Shown here: positions 15,830 to 26,200 of the stretch, in pieces
Position numbering within the stretch: position 1 is the stretch's first letter
Layout: the number at the start of each line of letters is the position of its first letter
Assembly: GCF_018977255.1 (NCBI RefSeq)
Contig: NW_024704757.1
Coordinates: forward strand, 7,688,001-7,752,000
Direction: 5' to 3'
Length of the DNA stretch: 64,000 bases
Source: Callorhinchus milii
Taxonomy: Eukaryota
Made by a program: the position numbers and the translations under genes
Notes under the pieces: model-generated
Seen by the model: only the letters and a program-made list of their open reading frames with translations
Databases searched by the model: none
What the model was told of the DNA's origin: nothing

Positions 15830-16175
15830 ACAGTCCAGGCCAACACTCCTGTGCAGCTTTAGGGGTGGAGGTGGAGGGGCTGTATTGTTGCAAGTGCCAT
15901 CCTTTGGATGAGACATTGAATCGAGGTCCTTGTTCAGGTGAACATTAAAAATCCCTGCTGCACTATTCAAAACAGAAGGGAGTTCCTTCTCCCGGTGTCC
16001 TGGCTAACAATTCCCCAAATAAAATCATACATTCACTTAATGACTTGTGGGACATTTCTGTAGACAAATTGGCTGCCATGTTTGCTTATGAAACAGACAC
16101 TTTACAGTCACTTTATATCCTGTGAAGGGCTCTGAGGTCACCTCCTGACATGGAATGTGAAGGTTATTATCATCA
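15830..16175 (+). mobile_element. Old Deu-domain-like SINE
   Basis: TGAGACATT...AAAAATCCCTGCTGCACTATT...GAAGGGAGTT...CCCGGTGTCCTGGC...TGTGGGAC...AAATTGGCTGCC resembles the DeuSINE core as recalled. Related copies at about 1-150, 4180-4440, 17060-17470(-), 19240-19400(-), 37190-37380(-). Confidence 0.6.
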
Positions 16176-16426
16176 GTGCCCACACCCATGGGGATTGGGT
16201 GAGGGAAGTGTGACCTTTGTAACAAATTTGGAGTGAAAAAACCTGTAACGAGCCCACTGACCTTGTCAGACTCATCACAGGCACGAGAGGCGAGAGGGAG
16301 AAGGCAGCACCAGGTCATTCTACATTCACTATTTATTACAACTCTGCCTCAGTGTTGCCCAATGACTTGACGGGGATCAGTTCACAAACACGTAGGCAGG
16401 AAAGCCATGTCTGTCTCCTGGTAACA

Positions 16427-19400
16427 TCAGCCCAGCACACTGTCATTGAAGGCCAAGCACACCACTGCCTTCTGGTGGCCACTGTATTCACGCTTAATCT
16501 CTCCAGTCTCCACACACCAGAGTCGGGCCAAGTTATCAGAAGAAGCTGAGACACAGAGAGAGAGAGAGAGAGAGGGGAACGTCAGCTTTCGAGCCAGGAA
16601 ACAATGAACACATTTTATACATCCAACTGATACCCCAGCCTCTACAGTAGGCATCTCTCCCCACCCCAGAGTCAGCAGACCACCCCATCCAGAGCCAGCA
16701 GAACCCCATCCCACAGCCTGGTTGAGATCCACTACTGCCCAGAGAGGGAGCCAACCTGTGACGATGTACTGGGAATCCCCCGAGAAGGCGCAGTCCCACA
16801 TCCAGCCCCGCGACGTCTCCCCGGGGTTGTTGCTCTTGATGCTGAGCTCCGTCATCAGGGAGAAGTTTGAGGTTCTCCAGATTTTGCAGGTTTGATCAGC
16901 AGAACAGGTGGCCAGGAGCCTGGGGGTGGGTTAAAGGACAAAGACTGGGTATAACATCAGCTCCTACACCAGGACAAGTGTGATACCGGCTCAAAGCCTC
17001 TGTGATAAGGAAGATCCCCGTGTGGAGGAACAACTAGTTAAGCTTAAAAAGCCACACCTCACAATGGGCAAGCACAGCAGCCAATATTCACACAGCAACG
17101 ACCCACAAACAGCCATGACGTGAATGAGTGACTATATGTGGGGGATTGTCAGAAAGGACCCGGGGAACATAACATGTCGGAGCAGGAGTAGGCCATTCGG
17201 CCCTTCGAGCCTGCCCCGCCATTCAATCATGGATGATCTTCTAACTCCAGCTTATAACCTGACCCTGCCTTATCCTCATATTCCTTAATCCCTTTTGCAA
17301 TAAGGGGGAAAGCCCCCTCTCTTTGAGAAGTGCCATTGGATCTTTAATGTCCACCTGAACGGGTAGATGAGTCCTTGATTTAACGTTTCATCTGAAGTTC
17401 AGCACCTCCGACCAAGCTGTGCTCTGCCAGCGCGGCACTGGAGCATCAGCCTAGACTGTGAGCGGTGGGCTGTAATCCACAAGCCTCTGGCGAGAGCGCG
17501 AGCCACAGTGGATAGAGCTTCACCCACAATGACCAAGTTACTTTAAATATTACATAAAACAATGTCAGCTGCAGTCTCACTCAGTTTATCATGGTTTTGC
17601 TATTGATTTGAACCTTAAAGGAACTTCAGCACGTAATGCAGCCCAGGAGTCACCCTGTTAACACACCACCCAATACCTCTTTAAACATTCCAACCGAACG
17701 TACGTACGTGGAGTCGGGGCTGAATTTGCAGCGCAGAGCGTAGCGCTTGTGGGCTGGGATCTTGGTTTTAGGAATGAGCTGTGTCACTTCCTCTCCAATA
17801 CCTCCTGTCAGGTTCCACACATAGCAATTCCCCTAAGAAGAGAGAGTGTGTGAGTAAGTGTGAAGGAGCGAGTGTGAAAAAGTGTGAGCGAGCAAATGTG
17901 AGCGACGCCACTTAACCCAAATGCAAAGCTGTTGCTCTTCTGCAGGTTACTCCCTCCCAGCCTTTACTTTTGTTTCTTCAAACCCTCAGCGCTCTTCACC
18001 CCAGCCCCCCACCACGCTACTCACTGAGCTGTTGACTGCTGCCATGTAGCTGGCATCAGGATCAATGTGAACAGCGTTGACAGAAACATCCGGCTCAGGG
18101 ATCAACTGCTCATTGTGGTCTGTTTTCAGGTCCCAGATGTGGATGGCTCCACTCTGGTCACCTACAATCAGCTCAGCCTGCCAAGAGAGAGAGTGTGTGT
18201 GTGTGTGAGAGGGAGAGTGAGAGATTTTTTTCACTCAGATTCACTTCCTCTAAAACCTGTTAGTGGTGAGTCAGAGAAGAGAGAAGAGTAAATACTTGTC
18301 TAGTGAGGGTATCTGGTGGCATGTAGATAATAATAATCCTTGCATTTGATATAGCACCTTATCATGTCTTCGAGATGTCTCAAAGCGCTTCATCGGATAC
18401 ACTGTAAAGACTATATTTTGTGGGCGAAATACGGCAGCCAATTGCGCACAGCAGCGTCCCACAAACAGTCGTGGATTGAGTGAACAAATTATTACTTTTT
18501 TTAAGTATTATCCCCGGAAAAGCGATCCGCCAATCGACTATCAACCAGGTTCCTACTTTGATTTCAAGATCCTCATCCTCACCTACAAGGCCATTCACGG
18601 CCTTGCTCCCTCCTACCTCTCCAACCTACTATCCCCCTACCTACCTGCCCGTACCCTCCGTTCCTCTGGCTCCGGTCTGCTCCACGTCCCCGCCCCAACC
18701 GCCTACTATCGGTGGTCGGGCCTTCAGCCTCTCAGCCCCCAGGCTCTGGAACTCCATCCCCCAGTGCCTTCGCCTTGCTTCCTCCCTTTCCTCCTTCAAG
18801 GCCGGTCTCAAAACCTTTCTCTTTGACCGTGCCTTCAGCTCCCCTCTCGACTCTCTTCCTCCTCCTCGCTCCCTCCCTTCCTCCCCTCACCCTGACCATT
18901 TCCCCTCCTCTCTCCTCCCTTCCCTCTCCTCACCCTGACCATTTCCCCCCTGCTCGGGTCATGACCCAACTGTGCAGCGCCTTGGGACGTCCTCCTGACG
19001 TGAAAGACGCTCTATAAGTGGAATCTTGTTGTTGTTGTTACTGTTGGTAAACAGAGGCGTGTGCGTGCTGAGGGGAAACTTGCCCAAAGTTTCGCCCTGC
19101 CCAGGAATCAAACTCAGGTCTTTCACTTACGAGGTGAGTGCTCTAACCACTGGGCTACAGGACTCTACAGGATAAGGTAAGTAAATCAATCAGCCACAAT
19201 CTCAGGCTTGAAGGGTTGTATGGCCTCTTCCTGTTCCTCGGCCAGGACACTGGAACAATAATGCCATGGGATCTTTACATCCACATGACCAGGTAGAAGA
19301 AATGTCAGTTCAGCATCTCATTCAGAGGACATCACTGCCAACAGTGCAGCTCTCCCTAGCCATGCCGGAGGTCAGCCTGCACGAGGAGACATGCTGGCCT

Positions 19401-21745
19401 GGCTGCAGGGACAGCACCACGGTGACCAAGGGACCAAGATTGAGGAGGAAGTGACATGTGGCAGTCAGGCCCGGGTATTGTACTCTACCTGGTTCGGATG
19501 CAAACAAACACAGTTGATGGGAGCATTGACTTGGAAGATTCTCTGGCACTGCAAATTACGTGACCTATTGAGAGAGAGAGAGAGTCACTACAGCCCAGAG
19601 ATAGAGGTAGCATTTTAATTCTAGAACGAGTTTTTTAAGCTATTGGAGGTCTTTTAATCCCAATCTCTGCTCTCTCCCCATCATGTCTGTGCTGGTGCTC
19701 GCTCCTCCACTGGAGCTTTCTTCCCATCGTGTCTGTGCTGGTGTTCGTTCCCCCCTGGAGCTCTCTAGCACCCCTTCCCTGCTCTCTCCCCATCATGTCT
19801 GTGCTGGTGCTCACTCCCCCACTGGAGCTCTTTACTCTTAATCTCATTCCCTGCTCTCTTCCCAGCAGCGCCATGGGACGTCCTCCTGACGTGAAAGGCG
19901 CTATACAAATGTAATCTTGTTGTTGTTTCTGTGTTGGTGCTCACTCTCCCACTGGAGCTCTCTACTCTAATTGTTTATCAAATTCCCACTTGGTGAATCC
20001 ACATCCTAATCGCCCTGTGTGTACTCTTCTCCCATCAAATACCTCAGGTCCCAGATCCTTGCCATGCAATCCTCGCCGCCGGTGTACATCCACCGCCCGT
20101 CCTCGTGAAACCCGACTGAGGTGATGTTCTTACTGACTCCGTCATAGTTAATGACGGGATTCGGGTTATTGGAATTCAGGTCATACATTCGGATATGCTG
20201 ATACCCTGTGAGAGACGAGGAGCATCAAAGCTGCCCTCACTGCCAATCAGCCTCCCCCCACACACATCCGTACCCATAGCCCCCAATACACAAATACCTC
20301 CCCATACACATACAAACCACCCCTCCAAAACGCACACACTCTTAACCACCACATACACCCCCACCCCATCACACACACATAGCTCCCCCCCACACACACA
20401 CTCTCAAACACCACATACCCCCCCTGGGTATAGACAGAAATAATGGCTGTATCACACACTGGGGTGATTGTACCTTGAGACCTTGTGCTCACCTGCAGCT
20501 GCGATCATACTACGATCTGGGGTGATTTCCAGTGAGTTCACTTGCTGGTCACTTGGTTAAGAAAATGTTTGACTGATCCTCAATATTCACTGTAACTCAC
20601 ACACTGCCCCTCTCCCCTGAGAGTTTATTACTATGATGATGCTAGGTTTCAAAATTCAGTTTTTTTTTATATAGAGTTGTCACAGTCTGGAATGCACTGC
20701 TTCAAAGGCTGGAAACAGATTCAGTAACAACTGTCGAAAGGGAATTAGATAGGAACTCGAAAAGGAAAAATTTGCAATGATATGGCGAAAAAGTAGGACT
20801 GATTGGGTAGCTCTTCCAAACAGCCGGCACAGGCACGATGGGCCGAGTAATAATAATCGTTGCATTTGATATAGTGTCTTATCAGATCTTCGAGACGTCT
20901 CAAAGCACTTCAAGGGATATAACAGAAAGTGAATCGACTATATATTTTTTATGGGTGAAACGCGACAGCCAATTGTATCCCACAAACAGTGACCAAATTT
21001 TTGAAGGAATTATTACCCCTGGAAAAGCAATCCAGTAATTGACTAACAATCGGGTTCCTACTTACTGCTAGATAAACATAGGAGTGTGGAGAAAGGAAAC
21101 TTGCCCAACATTTTGCCCCACAGAATGGCCTCCTTCTGTGCTGTAATATTCTATGATTCTGTTATTATTATTATGTTACTACAGTTTACATCAATTGATC
21201 GAGGAAGTTTCTAAGCAGCCTGTGTGTGGTCAGCCAGACCAATACACTGCCACATATGAATGGATGTTATGTTGCTCAGTAAATCTGAGCTTCCGAGAAT
21301 AGCTACTTTCTGCAGGAAGTTGATATTTTGCTCCCCGGGTATTTTATCAAATCATATTGAATAATCTTAACAGTCCCAGATACACTAATAATTATAGGAA
21401 CTGTTTGTTTTATACTGCCACATACGCCTGCATTCAATAGATTATTATTATTATGCACAAGCACAGATGTGCCTGTGTTCAAGTGGGCGCACGGGTGCAC
21501 TGGCCTGTGTGTGTGCAGGCGCGTGTGCGCGGGCACACCGGCCTGTGTGTGTGTGTGTGTGTAGGCACGTATTTGTGTACGGGCGTGTGTGTGCGGGCAT
21601 TTGCTGCCGAGGATACGGAGTCCTGGTGCTGCACGGTGCGGGTGCAGATGCCGCTGTGAGCCTGCCAGAAGCGCACGGTGTGATCGTACCCGGCTGTGGC
21701 CAGGATGACCGGGTCACTGCCGACGGTGCCTTGGTTCACGTTCAT
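16427..21745 (-). CDS. MLST8: Target of rapamycin complex subunit LST8 (WD40), 8 coding exons, 326 aa
   Basis: Exons 21745-21617, 20544-20493, 20205-20043, 19564-19489, 18177-18025, 17832-17708, 16919-16756, 16545-16427, totalling 981 nt. Peptides [57 protein letters not shown]. Poly(A) signal at 16332-16337. Probable non-coding first exon ending at 22586. Confidence 0.97.
18560..19038 (+). mobile_element. L2 3' end nested inside a SINE
   Basis: [36 protein letters not shown], (TTG)n tail. Similar L2 3' ends at about 7490-7740(-), 23770-23960(-), 27960-28275(+), 28900-29210(+), 35900-36130(+), 37740-38000(-), 54895-55110(-), 58340-58690(+), 60645-60950(-). Confidence 0.85.
20545..21616 (-). 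other. U12-type (minor spliceosome) GT-AG intron in MLST8
   Basis: Donor GTATCCTC; branch TTTTCTTAAC at 20565-20556, about 12 nt from the AG; no polypyrimidine tract. Confidence 0.8.
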
Positions 21746-21758
21746 GTCGGAGGTGCCT

Positions 21759-21856
21759 GCTCACGCTCGCTCACGGCTGCTCACGCTCGCTCACGGCTGC
21801 TCACGCTCGCTCACGGCTGCTCACGCTCGCTCACGGCTGCTCACGCTCGCTCACGC
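21759..21856. repeat. 20-bp tandem repeat (GCTCACGCTCGCTCACGGCT), about 5 copies, just upstream of the MLST8 ATG
   Basis: Perfect tandem copies. Confidence 0.95.
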
Positions 21857-22677
21857 CTGCAACATTAAATCATCAGTGAGAGTGGCGGCTCCAGGTCATC
21901 AACCCGGGCATTTGAGAACCCGACAACCCCTCGGGTCCCCCCCACCTCCCCTTCTCCCCCCTCACGGTTCTCCCCCCCCGCAACATTCCTTCTTCCCCTC
22001 CCCTTCTCCCCCCCCACACAGCCCCTTCCCCCACCCACCGCCCCCCACGGGTCTCCCCCCACATCACCCCTTCTCCCTCCCCACCTCCTCTTCTGCCCCC
22101 ACACAACTCCTCCCCCACTTCCCCCTCTCCCCTGTGAAGCCACCGTGTTTACAGGTTGCTGATGCCCACCCCCAGGGCCGCCCAGGGCGTTGCCCGGCAG
22201 TAGCTCCGCCGCGGACACACAAATGGCCGAGGTCAGTGCAGTGGCTGCGCGGCCCCGGGTAGCGAGGGGCGGGGGGGAGCTAAGGGCCCGGAGGGGGGGG
22301 GGGGGGAGCGAGGGGCCCGGGACGGGGGGGCGAGGGGCCCGGAACGGGGGTGGGGCGAGGGACCCGGGACGGGGGGGGGCGAGGGGCCCGGGACGGGGGG
22401 GAGCGAGGGGTCCGGGGTGGGGAGCGAGGGACCCGGGGGGCGAGGGACCCGGGGGGGGGGGGGAGCGAGGGGCCCGGGCCTGGGTGGGGGGCGAGCGGGG
22501 ATTGTACCGGCGGGAGGCGGGGTTCTGACGCTCAGGGCCGGCGAGCGGTGCCTCCTTGTTGTGCGCTAATGGCTGCCGCGCTCACCTACACTGGACGCTG
22601 TGAGTTGCTGGTGACCGGCCGTCACCTCCGCCACGGAAAAAAAACCGACCACCGGCGCCCTGCAAGGCTCCGCTGGC

Positions 22678-23005
22678 GCCATCTTGGTAAAGCCATCGTC
22701 CGCAATATATCGAAGGGAGAGTGCGGCCATCTTGGTAAAGGCAGAGTGAGCAATCATGGCGGGGAGGGGGGCGGAAGCCAGTGGCCATCTTGGTAAAGGC
22801 AGAGTGACCAATCATGGCGGGGAGGTGGGGGGCAGTGGCCATCTTGGTAAAGGCAGAGCGAGCAATGCATGGCGGGGAGGGGGGGGGAGCCAGTAGCCAT
22901 CTTGGTAAAGGCAGAGCGAGCAATGCATGGCGAGGCAGGAGGGAGCCAGTGGCCATCTTGGTAAAACCGTGACGGGGGCGGCCACCGTGGTAAAGGCAGT
23001 GCGCG
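22678..23005. promoter_or_regulatory. Bidirectional promoter region for MLST8 and HEXD-like, containing a ~56-bp tandem array of YY1-type motifs
   Basis: GCCATCTTGGTAAA at 22678, 22726, 22784, 22838, 22896, 22952, plus a degenerate copy at 22981, inside a CpG-rich region between divergent genes. Confidence 0.7.
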
Positions 23006-23253
23006 CAATCACACGTTCATCTCGGTACGGTCACTGAAAAACTGGCACGTTAAATAGTTTCACTGGCAACCGGCAAGTCAGCCCATAAACCCGCCACATG
23101 GCAGCCCTCCTGCCCCGGTGTAACAGCTGCACAGGTGCCGCCTGACCTGCTGAGCGTTCCCGGACGTCTGCTCTTTACTGTGAAAGCCGCTGACTTCGCT
23201 GTCACTTTTCTCAGGAGTGAGTGACATCGTTCCCGGTGGGGAGTGCGAGAGCT

Positions 23254-26200
23254 ATGGTGCGGAGACCGTATCTCCAGGTCCTGCGCCTGCTGGTGCTGCT
23301 GATCGCCCTGTTGGTGGGCGCCAGCCTCCTGTACCCATCAGAGTAAGTGGCTTCTCCGTGCGGGAGGCGTTGCGGGGTGTTTGTGCCGCAGTGATGCGCG
23401 AGATGGGGCAGGTTGCGGGGTGCAGCTCACAGAGCACCACACGATAGCATCTGAACCACAGGCTTAAGAGAGGGCAGGATTGCTCCTTTGCTATTTCATC
23501 CACAAACCGCACTGTCAATCCGCTTTATAGCGTATTCTGTGAAGCGCTTTAAGATGTCTCAACGAAGCGGTACCGCTAAAAACGCGAGGATTGTTATTCC
23601 GTTTGATGGGGCTCTGCAACCTGCAATCTGCAGCTGTTGTTATTGTGAAAAGCTTTCAGCTGAATAACCAGTGCAGAGCTGCAGCAGTATAGCCCGATTG
23701 CCAGCGTTGGGGTTTCTGCGTTGAGTACAAGACGAAAAATGCAAAATTACATTGTTAAAGTGGGTTGGGATCAGGGAGGGTGGCTGAAGGCACGGTTGGA
23801 GAGGGCGTCTTGGCACATGCCTTGAAGGAGGCAAGGGAGGGAGTGAAGCCAGGGAATGTGGGATGGAGTTCCTGAGGGTTGGGGCAGAGAGGCTGAAGAC
23901 CCGACCACTGATGGTGGGGCAGGCTGGGCAGGGGACATGGGACAGGCTGGAGCCTGCCGAGTGGAGGGAGTGGACAGTTTGATAAGGGGTTATAATAAAA
24001 TAAACAATAATCCTTGCATTTGATATATTGCCTTATCACGTCTTCGGCACGTCTCAAAACGCTTCACAGAATATACTGTTAAGTGAATTGACTGTATATT
24101 TGTGGATGAAACACGGCAGCCAATTGCACACAACAGTGTCCCCACAAGCAGTCGTGGATTGAGTGACCAAACTATTATTTTTTTTCTTGAGGGATTATTA
24201 TCAGGCGGGTGAAGTAAGGAAACTTGCCCAAGGTTTTACCTGCCAGGAATCAAACCCAGGTCTTTCACTTGTGGGGCTAGTGCTCTAACCACTGAGATAT
24301 AGGACTCCACAGGGTTAGCAGGTTGGAGAGGTAGGAGGGGGCAAGGCCATGGAGAGCCTTGAAGGTGAGGACGAGAACTTTGAATTCTATCCTCTGAGGA
24401 ATGGGCAGCCAGTGGAGCCAGGTGAGGATGGGTGCGATGCATCACGGAGCCTCGTGCGGGAGAGAACACAAGCTGCAGAGTTCTAGATGACCTGCAGCTT
24501 GTGAAGGGAATAGTTGGGAAGGCCGACAAGCAGGGCATTGGCATAGTTGAGCCTGGTTATAGTGAAGACATATGAGGGTTTTGGCGGCCTGAGGGGTGAG
24601 ACAGTGGCGGAGTAGAGCATTGTTGCGGAGGTGGGAGAAGGCAGAGCGGGTCATGGCACAGATGTGGGGGAAGAAAGGACAGTTAAAGGTTGAACAAGAC
24701 GCCTAGGTTCCTGATTGGTTCGGTGATGCTGATGCTGCCGGTGCCTGAGGTGCAGAGGCACTGGCGCAAGCCAATCGAGTATATTTACTGAGCTGATTGA
24801 AGATAAATATTTTAATCTGTGTTTAAGATCAAAGCCAGTGGATGACCCAAGCCACATAGATTTTTGGAAAAAGGCAAAAGACCCAAGGGCCAAGGCAACA
24901 CTGGAGAGCAGGGAAATCACGGGGGAGGCTCGGCACAGAACCACAACAGAACAGACTATCAACAAAGAAAATAGACGACAGCCCAAACAGTACGGAGCCG
25001 CAGGGATGAAAATTGTGCACTTGGACCTTAAAGGAGCTGCTCCAAAACTCTTATATCTGGAGCAGGTGAGGGTATACTGGGTGAGGGGCTCAGAGATGTC
25101 AGTGAGTGAGCACCCTGAGGGAGGGGGTACAGAGAGATGCTGGTAAGTGGTGTTAAATGGTATGTTGCCTTCCTGGTGTGAAGGTTGAAGACTTCACGGA
25201 ACAGGTACAAAACATTCTATGGGCGGAAGGGGACCTTTCAGAAGTCGTAATCCATGTTGGGAGCAATGACATAGGGAAAAAAAGGGCTGAGATCCTACAG
25301 GGAGAGTTTCAGAAGCTAGGAGTAAACTAAAGAGCTGGATCTCAATGGTGGTGATCGCTGGATTACTCCCAGTGTGCAAGCGAGTATAAGAACAGCTGGA
25401 TAAAACCCGTTAATATGTGGCTTGAGAAATGGTGCAGAAAGGAGGACTTTAGGTTCCTGGAACATTGGCTCTAGCCACAATTTTTCAATTTTCCATGGAT
25501 GCCGGGAGGTGCCCAGAGGACTGGAGGTTTGCAAATGTTACTCCTCTGAACAAAAAGGGGAGAAGGATAAACCTGGGAATTACAGGCAGCCTGATGGGGA
25601 AACTTCTAGAGACTATAATCCGGGACAAAATAATTTTCACTTTGAAAAATATGGGTTAATAAAGGACAGCCAACCTGGGTTTGTTAAAGGCAAATCATGT
25701 CTAACAAACCTGGTAGAGTTTTTTAATGAAGTGACGGAGAGGGTGGATGAACGTAGTGCCGTTGATGTAGTTTATATGGAATTTCAAAAGGCGTTTGATA
25801 AAGTGCCACATAATAGACATGTTAATAGAAAAAATTGAAGCCCATGGTATTAAAGGGACAGTGGCAGCATGGATACAGAACTGGCTGGGAGACAGAAAGC
25901 AGAGAGTGGTGGTATTTTTCTGACTGGAGGGAAGTGTGCAGTGGTGTCTCCCAGGGATCAATATTGGGACCACTGCTGTTTTTGATCTATATAAATGACT
26001 GGGAATTGGGTATAGAGAATACAATTTCCAAGTTTGCAGATGATACTAAGCTAGGAAAAGTAGTAAACATGAGATGGACAGTTGCAGACTGCAAGAGGAC
26101 ATAGACAGACTGATAAAATGGATAGCCACATGGCGGATAAAACTGCGAAATTATGCATTTTTGGGAAGAAGATGAGGAGAGGGAATGTAAGCTGATGGTA

